From contig JBAQNH010000002.1 in NCBI GenBank assembly GCA_049303575.1, positions 316,541-380,540 of the forward strand: a stretch of 64,000 nucleotides of DNA. Direction: 5' to 3'. The number at the start of each line of letters is the position of its first letter. The stretch's first letter is position 1. Source of the stretch: Microgenomates group bacterium. Lineage in GTDB: Bacteria > Patescibacteriota > Microgenomatia > UBA1400 > MFAQ01. Under the pieces are notes generated by a model that worked only from the letters and a program-made list of their open reading frames with translations, did no database searches and was not told the origin of the DNA. Shown here piece by piece: positions 38,908 through 47,557 of the stretch. Both the position numbers and the translations under genes were made by a program.

Positions 38908-39420
38908 ATGAAGAATAATTTGTTGATAAGTCTCCTTATGTGTTTGATGATATCCATCATACTTTTTGCTTATGCCCCAAAAATCTTGGCGGAAGAAACT
39001 TGTGTTGTTGAGCCAATTTCTTCATTTGATGACAGCTCGTCATGTAGATATACCTCGTATAGAGGGTCTGATGATAATTTTTATGAGTCTTGTTATCAAA
39101 AATATCTACTAAGAAAAAATGATTGGGAGATAAGGTGTTTTAGATATTGGGACGACAAAAACAAGATTACCCCAAGTACGAATCAAACACCAACGGTTGC
39201 ACCTGTAATTCAGAACACTCCTCCAGCAACCACTCCAAGTCCATCACCCATTAAAAAAATAATCAAGAAAATTATTACTCCTACCCCAACAGAAGAAATC
39301 GCAAGTAGTTCAGGATCAACATTTAATACCGCCACAGTTTCAGGAATAACAACATCAAAAAACGGGTTCTTGAGCTGGATATTGAAAATATTTAGAATAC
39401 TTAATATATTGAAGGATTAA
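38908..39420 (+). CDS. Hypothetical secreted protein with Cys-containing N-domain and Pro/Thr-rich linker
   Basis: A signal or TM segment is followed by a Cys-rich segment, then TPSTNQTPTVAPVIQNTPPATTPSPSP, then a hydrophobic C-terminus. Confidence 0.35.
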   Translation: MKNNLLISLLMCLMISIILFAYAPKILAEETCVVEPISSFDDSSSCRYTSYRGSDDNFYESCYQKYLLRKNDWEIRCFRYWDDKNKITPSTNQTPTVAPVIQNTPPATTPSPSPIKKIIKKIITPTPTEEIASSSGSTFNTATVSGITTSKNGFLSWILKIFRILNILKD

Positions 39421-39457
39421 AAATTGTATTCTCTCTAATTCATAATAATCTCCAACA

Positions 39458-40129
39458 CTACCTTATTTTTTCTTGCACTTGTTTACTCTTATCCTCAACC
39501 AAATATTTACCTAAATTACATTCTTGACACCGAGTTGCTAAATTGTCTACTGAATTACCCCCACCATCTTCTGGTCTGACAATGTGATCCATTGATAATA
39601 GTTTACCGTCTTTTGATCCTAAACCACAATCTACACACTTAAAGTTATCTCTTTTGAGCACCATATACCTAGTTGCTGGTCCAATCGATTTTCTAAATTC
39701 TCCCGCTTTAATTGCTTTTTTTAAATGGCTTAGGTCAATTCTTCCTCTTGATAGAGCTAATCTATGGGCTACTTGAACTGTTCTTAGTATACCTAACAGA
39801 CCAACGTACCTCTGGATACTTCGTACCGTGACTATTAGATCAAGCTTATCTTTAATCTCACTACAAGAATATCCATCTTGGTATAAATTTCTAATTTCGT
39901 TTTCATAAATTGATAATTTACTACTCCTAATTCTATTCTCTCTTGTCTTTACTGATGCTTTAGTACTTAACCCTTCATTCCTTTTCAGCTTCATTACCAG
40001 GGTTTTTTCTTTTAACCAATTCATAATTTTATGACTATATCTTAATGGATATTGTTTCCTTATTTCATACATGGGAATGCCCTCGCTGTATAGCTTCAAT
40101 ATCTCAAATTTATTTTCAGACCATTTCAT
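39458..40129 (-). CDS. HNH endonuclease with N-terminal HTH-like region
   Basis: The HNH motif is CVDCG...DHIVRPEDGGGNSVDNLATRCQECNLGK. Confidence 0.6.
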   Translation of the reverse strand: MKWSENKFEILKLYSEGIPMYEIRKQYPLRYSHKIMNWLKEKTLVMKLKRNEGLSTKASVKTRENRIRSSKLSIYENEIRNLYQDGYSCSEIKDKLDLIVTVRSIQRYVGLLGILRTVQVAHRLALSRGRIDLSHLKKAIKAGEFRKSIGPATRYMVLKRDNFKCVDCGLGSKDGKLLSMDHIVRPEDGGGNSVDNLATRCQECNLGKYLVEDKSKQVQEKIR

Positions 40130-40136
40130 TCGAATT

Positions 40137-40424
40137 CTATACTAATTGATTACTTAAAAGATAAGAGTATACAGAAGTACAAAAAGCAGCAAAATAACCA
40201 AAAGCTTGAACAACGTTTATTGTTCGATTCAATTTATTACTGTCATCTATATAAATTCCAAAATCTTCAACAAATTCACTCATCCCCATTTTTACTCCGT
40301 TAATAGTTTTTATTTCCCCCTTATTTTTTAGTTTAGGGATTTTTCTAGTAGCTTGATAAAAATGAAATATTGTCAACATCAAGAAGATAAAACTGAAGAC
40401 AATCCAAAGAAGCTGATTATTCAT
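40137..40424 (-). CDS. Hypothetical small membrane protein (95 aa, 2 TM)
   Basis: Hydrophobic segments lie at both ends. Confidence 0.3.
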   Translation of the reverse strand: MNNQLLWIVFSFIFLMLTIFHFYQATRKIPKLKNKGEIKTINGVKMGMSEFVEDFGIYIDDSNKLNRTINVVQAFGYFAAFCTSVYSYLLSNQLV

Positions 40425-40526
40425 ATCTTATGATACAACCTAGTGATAATAATCCCAGAACATTGCTTTGCTTTTGTATAAAATCAAAAAATCAAAATGT
40501 TTTATCAATAGACTATAATTTGATTA

Positions 40527-41390
40527 ATGGAAACTGAAAAATCACCCAAGAGAAGTTTGAGAAAGATATTTCGAAATGTGTGGTTATATTCTTTAATTCT
40601 CTTCATCGTTGGGTTAATAGGATTTAGATTTTTGGGATGGGAAGCTGGTTTTAGTAGAACAGCAACCATCGTAATTATGGGTGCATCAGCTTTGGTTGGT
40701 GGAATATCTTTTTTGACATGGATTTCAATCCTAATCTTCTCAAATAAATTTTCTCGAATCATCATAATACTATTGGGGATTTTTATATCATCTTTATACG
40801 CTTTAACCATATATTCAGTCACTTATATTTTTGTCTACAGCCGTGTATCTCAAGGAAGTATGGATACACTGGTTGATCTTCAATATATTCTTCCATTACT
40901 CATTTTTGGTCTCACCTTAGGTGTTTGGTTGAAAACAAAGCCGTTATTGATAAAAGGAATCGTTATCGCTGGGTTATTGGTCACATACTTAGCGGGAAGA
41001 AATTATGCAGTCGAGGCATATAAACCTCTTACCCAAGCCTTTAATTTTATTGACCGGGCTAATTCTACTGAAGGGTTGGCTTGGACAAATGAACCCGATG
41101 ATAATAAGTATTTGGAAGGAGAAAGAAAATACGTAGCTTTATACAAGCAAGCTTCCGAATCAATTAAAAATGATGTTTTTCGCTCTTGGCCAAGACAATA
41201 TTTTAACGATCTCTACCGAGTAGAAAAGAAAGTTTTAGATTATGATGAACAGCTCTTTACAGGGAAATTGAAAATCTCTCAAGAAGAAATAGATAAAATC
41301 ACAGCAGAAGTCATGAAAGAAAGAAGTGATATTCTTGCTTCGGGGTTTTCAACTCCATATTGGACTGAGTTCTTCATGGTTGTTAAATAG
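40527..41390 (+). CDS. Hypothetical polytopic membrane protein (287 aa)
   Basis: It has 5 or more predicted TM helices in the N-terminal two-thirds, followed by a soluble C-terminus. Confidence 0.35.
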   Translation: METEKSPKRSLRKIFRNVWLYSLILFIVGLIGFRFLGWEAGFSRTATIVIMGASALVGGISFLTWISILIFSNKFSRIIIILLGIFISSLYALTIYSVTYIFVYSRVSQGSMDTLVDLQYILPLLIFGLTLGVWLKTKPLLIKGIVIAGLLVTYLAGRNYAVEAYKPLTQAFNFIDRANSTEGLAWTNEPDDNKYLEGERKYVALYKQASESIKNDVFRSWPRQYFNDLYRVEKKVLDYDEQLFTGKLKISQEEIDKITAEVMKERSDILASGFSTPYWTEFFMVVK

Positions 41391-41453
41391 TTATTCCCCA
41401 CGAGTGGGGTTATACAAATTACATTTTTTTCTTTAAATCATAATAATACTTAT

Positions 41454-42026
41454 ATGACTAAGTCAATGAAATATTTATTAGTCTCACTAATAGTAATTAC
41501 CGCATTCTGTGTTTTATTCAACAGACAATCAAAAAAAGTTCTTATCTCCAATACAACTTCTAATCTTGCAAAAACGTCTGTAGATGAAAAGACGGCTTGT
41601 TCTGATGTTATTGCCAAGTATGCAACAGAAAGTGGAATACCAAAATATTCAGGAGATATAAAACAGATCAATTTCAATTCTTTGCCAGAAGCAAAATTAT
41701 TTAAGACTACAATCACCAATTCGTACAAAGAAGGCGCAAACTTTGCCGGGCACTATAATTTATCATTGTGGGGATGCGGAACTGATTGTTTTGGAATGTC
41801 AATTACTGATGTAGAAACGGGGAACATAATAGAATATTCACCTATACATGAAGGCTATCATCTAGATGGCTATAACGTCGATAATCGCTTAATAGTATTC
41901 AATCCCATTAATGCGGGAATGGAAAGAAAAATATACAAATTATCCGAATCGAGCAATAAGACTAACGCTCTTGAACTAATATGTTCGGAAATATCTCAGA
42001 ACGACATGTATCAATATCCTGAATAA
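41454..42026 (+). CDS. Hypothetical secreted/signal-anchored protein (190 aa)
   Basis: The N-terminus has a signal-like hydrophobic segment. The rest is unassigned. Confidence 0.35.
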   Translation: MTKSMKYLLVSLIVITAFCVLFNRQSKKVLISNTTSNLAKTSVDEKTACSDVIAKYATESGIPKYSGDIKQINFNSLPEAKLFKTTITNSYKEGANFAGHYNLSLWGCGTDCFGMSITDVETGNIIEYSPIHEGYHLDGYNVDNRLIVFNPINAGMERKIYKLSESSNKTNALELICSEISQNDMYQYPE

Positions 42027-42041
42027 TAATTAGCATATTTA

Positions 42042-42509
42042 TTGGTAATGAATAATCGAACTATAAAAAACATGAAACTAACTGAAGTTAAAAGCTGGAT
42101 TTTTAATAAATGCAAAAAAAATAGTGCGGCTATTAAAAAGATAACTTTGGGTCAATGGATAATAATTGCCTTATTGCTTTTAATATTATGGCAATTAATC
42201 GACGCTCCTATTTTTAGAATGCATTTCATTAAAAGAAGCTATATATTTGAAAAAAATAAAGGTGAATGTATCCTCAATTATGGATCACAGACATGCAGTG
42301 TGTCGTTTTATACTCGACCAAGTATATTTATCGTAATTACAAAACATGAAGGGGACGTCATTTTTGCAAAAAGCATTAATTTTTTAGGGAAATCTGTATT
42401 TAAAGACGGGACAGCCTATTGTCTCACTATACCGAAACCCAATTTCGTCACAGGATGTCGTTACAACGGAATAATATATAAGTTTGTTGACGTCAACGAA
42501 GAGAAATAA
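42042..42509 (+). CDS. Hypothetical membrane-anchored protein (155 aa)
   Basis: It has a single TM (WIIIALLLLILWQLI). Confidence 0.3.
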   Translation: MVMNNRTIKNMKLTEVKSWIFNKCKKNSAAIKKITLGQWIIIALLLLILWQLIDAPIFRMHFIKRSYIFEKNKGECILNYGSQTCSVSFYTRPSIFIVITKHEGDVIFAKSINFLGKSVFKDGTAYCLTIPKPNFVTGCRYNGIIYKFVDVNEEK

Positions 42510-42572
42510 ACTGAAAAACAAAAGAGTGAAAAAAGACGCAATCATATGCTTACAAATTTATAATCATGAAAT

Positions 42573-44915
42573 GTGAAACTGAAGAAAATCAAAAAAATCA
42601 AAGTTTACAAATCATTCCAAGATTTTTCTTGGCAACCTTTTTTAAATAATGAAACATTTCATGATGAAGTAAATATTATTTATGGCGAAAACGGAAGTGG
42701 CAAAAGCTCAATAGCCAATCTGTTAAAAAATGTTTCGGAAAATAAAGATTTTGGTAAATACAAACCAATCGAAGCGTGTTTAGTCTTTGATGACGGTGAA
42801 AAAAAATATCCAGTAAACAACGACTGGGATAATAAAATCCCAAAAGGTTCTATTTTGTTTTTTGATCATGAATTTGTTGACAAAAATGTTCATATGGGGA
42901 GTAGGCGAGATACAACACAAAACGGACAAGAACAGGAATCAGGCAAAATGATTATTGAGTTTGATAGCAACGCTATAAATTTGCGCGGTGTACGAGACGT
43001 TGCGAAAAAAGCGAAAGAGGAACAAGACCAGAAGATTAAAGATTTCAATTCAGCAAATAAGGATTACTTGTTCAATATTTTGACTGATGATGAAAAACTA
43101 TATTATCAAAACTATAAGGATAATACCGAAGATGAAATCAAAAAAGTAAAACAAGACTTGGAAAAAGAGAAAAGGGAAGCAGGAAAAAATTTTGAAATTG
43201 ATCAAGGCCTACAGAAGAAAGTCACGAGCATTCAGAGCGGAATAAAAAGTTTGCCGACAGAAGAAGTTGAAATCTCTCTTTCAGATATTGAAACCTATCA
43301 GAAAATTTTTGATTTTGATCTAAAGGAGCGGGCATCAATAAAGGCCGAACAAGATTTGATTGATAAAGTCAAAACGCACAAAATATTTTTTGAAACTGGT
43401 TTTGAAATCAGAAAAACACATCAAAACCGATGCCCTTTTTGTCAATCCGAAAACGAAGAAGCGGGGATTAAGAAAATTGTTGATTTGTTCAAGCAAATTT
43501 ATGACACGACATATAAAACACAGGCACAACAATTTGAAAAAGATAAACAAACCCTACTTGGTGAAATTTCACAAATTACGAAATCAGTCTCCGATTTTGA
43601 TTTGAATAATATTTTTCTAGAACTTAAAAAATTGGATCAAAACTATAAGATACCATATATCTACTCTGTTGAAGACGAAGAAATATACAAAAAGCCAGCT
43701 GTGAAAGAGATAAAAGATTTGAGCGATAAAATATCAAAACTTACAAAGCCAGACAAAGAGAACATCAAAGATCTTTATACAAAAGTAAAAACTGAATTTA
43801 AGGTAATTGAAGCGTTTTTCAAGGCAATTGGTGATTTCGTAGAACAAAGGAACAATCTAATTGTTAAATTCAAATCTGACAATACTGACGAAAAGCTTCA
43901 AGCACGAATTGCCACAAGCAGTAAAAGAATTGCTGAAGTTGAAAAAGTGTTGGTTTTTATCAATGGGAACAAGATAAAAGAGCAACAAAAGAAAGTGCAG
44001 AAAGAAAAGGAACTGAAAGTGATGCAAGATGTTTTAGCTACGTTAAAAATAGAATACGAAACGGCATTGAAAAATTATGAGGAACATTGCTCAACAAAAG
44101 CCTTTTCAAATCTATTGTCCAAAATTCAAGATTATTTCAAGAATTTCAATTTCAGTTTTAAGCTTAAATTGAAAACAGACCCAACAGGTAACAAAACCGA
44201 ATTTCCTTTTGCTTTCAAAGTTTTGGATTTTGAGGGCAACGAACGGGATTTTAATGAGGGGCTTTCTGAAGGGGAGATTCAGGTTTTGTCCCTTTGCTTT
44301 TTCTTTGCTTTTCTTGATATACAAAAAGAAAAAGATCAAAAAATACTTATTTTTGATGACCCAATCACGAGCTTGGATAGTAGCAATTTGAGCTATCTTG
44401 TTGATTTAATTTCAGAAGAACAAAATAACTTTTCACAAATATTTGTTTTTACCCACCACAGAACCTTTTTCAAATTTTTAAGAAAACGATTCGGACAACA
44501 AAAAATTGGGTGCAAGGAATTTAATGTCATTAGGAACAGAAAGGAGTTAGGCGGAAGCTTTTTATGTAAAAGTCATCAAACAGACTTTATGCCGTTGCTT
44601 AGAAATTTTGAAAGTGATTTGAGAAGTTGGTCTCCTTTAGATATAGAATTAAAAATAGTTGAGTACGGCCAGTATTTAAGATATGAGGTTGAAAAGTTCA
44701 TTAAGAACGAGCTGCTTCATATAAATGAAACAAAATTTGAAGATATTGTAGACGGAGTAAAAAACAACCAAAACATTAATGTTATAGATTTAGAAAAAAT
44801 TAAAGAAATATACTTATTTTGCAATTGGACAACTTCGCATGTCGATGTTGGTGATGATCATGGTCTTGATCAACTGAAAACTAAAATAATCGACTTTGTA
44901 TCCATAATTAATTAA
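42573..44915 (+). CDS. RloC/AAA_13-like Rad50-type ABC ATPase with coiled-coil CxxC zinc hook and C-terminal extra domain (candidate anticodon-nuclease/defense protein)
   Basis: It has a PrrC/RloC-like Walker A (IIYGENGSGKSSIANLL) and a long coiled coil containing HQNRCPFCQSE (CxxC hook). The ABC signature LSEGEIQ, Walker B ILIFDDP, D-loop SLD and H-loop FTHH follow. About 180 aa remain C-terminal of these motifs. Confidence 0.5.
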   Translation: MKLKKIKKIKVYKSFQDFSWQPFLNNETFHDEVNIIYGENGSGKSSIANLLKNVSENKDFGKYKPIEACLVFDDGEKKYPVNNDWDNKIPKGSILFFDHEFVDKNVHMGSRRDTTQNGQEQESGKMIIEFDSNAINLRGVRDVAKKAKEEQDQKIKDFNSANKDYLFNILTDDEKLYYQNYKDNTEDEIKKVKQDLEKEKREAGKNFEIDQGLQKKVTSIQSGIKSLPTEEVEISLSDIETYQKIFDFDLKERASIKAEQDLIDKVKTHKIFFETGFEIRKTHQNRCPFCQSENEEAGIKKIVDLFKQIYDTTYKTQAQQFEKDKQTLLGEISQITKSVSDFDLNNIFLELKKLDQNYKIPYIYSVEDEEIYKKPAVKEIKDLSDKISKLTKPDKENIKDLYTKVKTEFKVIEAFFKAIGDFVEQRNNLIVKFKSDNTDEKLQARIATSSKRIAEVEKVLVFINGNKIKEQQKKVQKEKELKVMQDVLATLKIEYETALKNYEEHCSTKAFSNLLSKIQDYFKNFNFSFKLKLKTDPTGNKTEFPFAFKVLDFEGNERDFNEGLSEGEIQVLSLCFFFAFLDIQKEKDQKILIFDDPITSLDSSNLSYLVDLISEEQNNFSQIFVFTHHRTFFKFLRKRFGQQKIGCKEFNVIRNRKELGGSFLCKSHQTDFMPLLRNFESDLRSWSPLDIELKIVEYGQYLRYEVEKFIKNELLHINETKFEDIVDGVKNNQNINVIDLEKIKEIYLFCNWTTSHVDVGDDHGLDQLKTKIIDFVSIIN

Positions 44916-44929
44916 CCCATAATAATTAA

Positions 44930-45210
44930 TTTTGCGTTTTCTTTTCTTTTTGCACTACTGCGGTAGTGCCGTTCGAGCCGATGTTTCGGCAGTTGTTGGC
45001 GAACCGCGAGGCCGACAGGCCGAGCGGTGAGCCAATTAAGTTAGCAATTCTGTTGGAAATAGGTCCGAACTTCGTTATAACACCTCACACTCAGAGAGTT
45101 TTCGCTCTCGTCAGGGTACATCGCCCGTGCGCCCGCCCTCGCACGGAGCGATGTGAAGGGCTTTTAAGTTGTATTACTATCAAAAAGAAAAAAGAAAAGA
45201 AAACGCAAAA
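44930..45210 (-). repeat. Structured repeat copy D (W+Y'+X' inverted) fused to an 80-bp inverted copy of the tRNA-Glu 3' trailer, bounded by 17-bp inverted repeats
   Basis: Bases 44930-45089 match copy C and are the reverse complement of the copy B start. Bases 45086-45165 are the reverse complement of 46691-46770. ttttgcgttttcttttc at 44930-44946 is the reverse complement of 45194-45210. Confidence 0.7.
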
Positions 45211-45276
45211 CGGGGGACAATTCCAGTTTGTCTTGGCTGTACTCTTTCGGGAAATATATGGTTAAATGAATGTAAG

Positions 45277-46908
45277 GTGAAATACATTTTGTATTGTCGA
45301 AAGAGTACCGATGAAAAAGACAAACAGGTCTTGTCCATTGAAGCTCAGATTGCTGAGCTTACCGAGTTCGCCATAAGGGAAAGGCTTGAGATAGTCGCCA
45401 CTTTCTCCGAATCAAAAACAGCCAAGACTCCAGGCAGACCAATCTTCAAGGAGGTGCTAAAGAAAATCGAAAGTGACGAGGCCGACGCCATTCTTTCCTG
45501 GCACCCCGATAGGTTGGCCAGAAACAGCATTGATGGCGGTTACCTCATCTATCTTCTCGACACAGGGAAGCTCCTTGACCTCAAGTTTCCTTCCTTTTGG
45601 TTTGATAACACTCCGCAAGGAAAGTTCATGCTCAACCTCGCTTTCGGTCAATCCAAATACTATGTCGATAATCTCTCGGAGAATGTTAAGCGTGGTCTTC
45701 GCCAAAAGATTAGGAATGGCGTCTGGCCTTCCCAAGCCCCTTATGGCTACTTGAATAATAAAATTACTCGGGGTATTGAAATCGATCCGGAAAAAAGCAA
45801 AGTCGTGAAAAAAGCCTTCGAAATCTTTGCAAAAGAAAAAGTTTCCTTCTCCGATGTTTCACTTCTTCTTGCCAAAGGCGGTATTCATAAAAGAAGTGGC
45901 AAACCAGTTGGTATCAGTCAAGTCCATAAAATGCTCACCAATCAGTTTTACATCGGCATCATGTCATATAACGGGGAATTTTTCGAAGGCAAACACGACC
46001 AATTCATCACTCGCCAACTCTTTAATAAGGTAAAGAGAAGACTAGAAGAAAAAGGCAACTCCAATTTCAAGTTTCGTGATTATGCTTTTTCCGGTCTCAT
46101 GCGTTGTGGGGAGTGTGGCGCGACTATTACGGCCGAAACTCACACCAAGCATTACAAAAACGGCACTCACCAAAAATTCGTGTATTACCGCTGTACCAAA
46201 AAGCTTAGACCTTGTTCACAACCATATTTACCAGAAGAAAAACTCAAAGATCAACTCCGAGGATTCATCTCCCTCGCCACACTCCCCAAACGCTGGGGGA
46301 ACGACTGGCTCAAGTGGTTGGAAAAAGACAAAGTCACGGGGCGGCAATCTGCAGATTCATTTTTTGAAAGATACAAACTAGATATACAAACCATTGATGG
46401 CAAACTCAACCTCTTACTTGATAGCTATCTTGATGGCACAATCAACTCTCAAACATACAAAGGCAAAAAGAACCAGCTCTTTACCGAGAAACAAAATCTA
46501 GAAGACAAGATAGCCAAAACAAAAGCAAAGGGAAGCAGTTGGCTCGAACCCATGACAGAATTCGTCTTTTGCGCTATACGAGCGCAAAAAATCGCGCGAC
46601 CGAATACTGCTAGCGAAGATCTGCGGATCTTCGCCAAAAACATCGGCTCGAACTTCTTTTTGAAAGATAAACAACTTACATGGGAGATGAAAAAGCCCTT
46701 CGCATCGCTCCGTGCGAGGGCGGGCGCACGGGCGATGTACCCTGACGAGAGCGAAAACTCTCTGAGTGTGATCCCGGCGGGAGTCGAACCCGCGATCTTT
46801 TGGATGAGAACCAAATGTCCTAGACCACTAGACGACGGGACCATGTCTGAACCTGTATATTGTACCAAATTAGTGCGCCAATTTGACTTGATAGGTTCAA
46901 AAGTGTAA
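45277..46908 (+). CDS. Large serine recombinase (resolvase-domain + recombinase-domain + zinc ribbon + coiled coil); 3' end reads antisense through tRNA-Glu
   Basis: The catalytic N-terminus is KYILYCRKSTDEKDKQVLSIEAQ (the YxRVSTxxQ-type motif with the Ser nucleophile). A recombinase domain and a zinc ribbon (CGECGATITAETH...YYRCTK) follow. The start is uncertain, either GTG at 45277 or TTG at 45289 after an AGGTGA. The ORF has no stop until 46908. Confidence 0.7.
   Translation: MKYILYCRKSTDEKDKQVLSIEAQIAELTEFAIRERLEIVATFSESKTAKTPGRPIFKEVLKKIESDEADAILSWHPDRLARNSIDGGYLIYLLDTGKLLDLKFPSFWFDNTPQGKFMLNLAFGQSKYYVDNLSENVKRGLRQKIRNGVWPSQAPYGYLNNKITRGIEIDPEKSKVVKKAFEIFAKEKVSFSDVSLLLAKGGIHKRSGKPVGISQVHKMLTNQFYIGIMSYNGEFFEGKHDQFITRQLFNKVKRRLEEKGNSNFKFRDYAFSGLMRCGECGATITAETHTKHYKNGTHQKFVYYRCTKKLRPCSQPYLPEEKLKDQLRGFISLATLPKRWGNDWLKWLEKDKVTGRQSADSFFERYKLDIQTIDGKLNLLLDSYLDGTINSQTYKGKKNQLFTEKQNLEDKIAKTKAKGSSWLEPMTEFVFCAIRAQKIARPNTASEDLRIFAKNIGSNFFLKDKQLTWEMKKPFASLRARAGARAMYPDESENSLSVIPAGVEPAIFWMRTKCPRPLDDGTMSEPVYCTKLVRQFDLIGSKV
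46691..46768 (-). repeat. Native 3' trailer of tRNA-Glu (copy E), inverted partner of 45086-45165
   Basis: It contains the hairpins gagag-uuuucg-cucuc and ccgugcg-cccgcccu-cgcacgg. It is 68 nt identical to the upstream inverted copy. Confidence 0.7.
46769..46842 (-). tRNA. tRNA-Glu (anticodon CUC)
   Basis: Manual cloverleaf: acceptor GGUCCCG/CGGGAUC with one G-U pair. D-arm is GUCU-AGUGGUCUA-GGAC. Anticodon stem is UUUGG/CCAAA with loop UUCUCAU. T-arm is GCGGG-UUCGACU-CCCGC. Length is 74 nt, no CCA is encoded, and it resembles E. coli tRNA-Glu. Confidence 0.8.
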
Positions 46909-47003
46909 AATGCAACCCGTTAGGCCAGAATAGTACGTTTGTCGGTATTTCCATCAAAAGTTCCGCAACTATTGTTTTTTTGGTCAAACCCTGTTTTACT
47001 AGC

Positions 47004-47035
47004 TTGACATATCAGTAACAGGCCTTATATTTATA
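47004..47035 (+). promoter_or_regulatory. Putative sigma70-type promoter for greA
   Basis: TTGACA sits 16 nt upstream of TATATT/TATAAT, about 20-50 bp upstream of the greA start. Confidence 0.3.
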
Positions 47036-47054
47036 ATCTGTAATTAAAAATAAT

Positions 47055-47528
47055 ATGAACCAACAAAACCAAAGAGTCCAGATGACACCCCTCGGCTATC
47101 GCCAGCTTGTCGATGAACTCGAACAACTCGAAAAGACCAGTCTTCCTGAGGCCATCGAACGCCTCTCTAAGGCCCGTGATTTTGGTGATCTCTCTGAGAA
47201 CGCCGAGTATCATTCTGCCAAAGAGGCTCTTTCCGCCATGGAGGGTCGTGTCGAAGAACTCAAGGATATCCTTACCAGGGTAACTGTTGTTGACGTCCAA
47301 AAAGCCGGACTCGACTCTGTTGGCTTAGGTAGTGTTGTTCATATTGAAGTCAACGGCTCCGTCCACGAATTCACCATCGTCGGTGAATGGGAAGCCGATC
47401 CAGCCGCCAAGAAAATTTCCCATGAGTCTCCTCTAGGTAAAGCCCTCTTGGGTAAAAAAGTTGGTGACTCCGTTGAGGTAGAAGCTCCTTCGGGAACTAT
47501 CTCCTACGCCATTAAAGAGGTTAAGTAA
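47055..47528 (+). CDS. greA: Transcription elongation factor GreA
   Basis: The GreA N-domain is canonical (ARDFGDLSENAEYHSAKE) and an FKBP-like C-domain follows. Confidence 0.85.
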   Translation: MNQQNQRVQMTPLGYRQLVDELEQLEKTSLPEAIERLSKARDFGDLSENAEYHSAKEALSAMEGRVEELKDILTRVTVVDVQKAGLDSVGLGSVVHIEVNGSVHEFTIVGEWEADPAAKKISHESPLGKALLGKKVGDSVEVEAPSGTISYAIKEVK

Positions 47529-47557
47529 TCTCTCCCTTTTCGTCATAAAATACTGAT

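Noticed and set aside
45169-45276. ORF-track start (MYYYQ...) for the serine recombinase
   Set aside because: The first 36 codons lie inside the repeat and inverted-repeat DNA and are not recombinase-like. The conserved catalytic N-terminus (KYILYCRKST) begins at about 45277, where a GTG/TTG start follows an AGGTGA Shine-Dalgarno.
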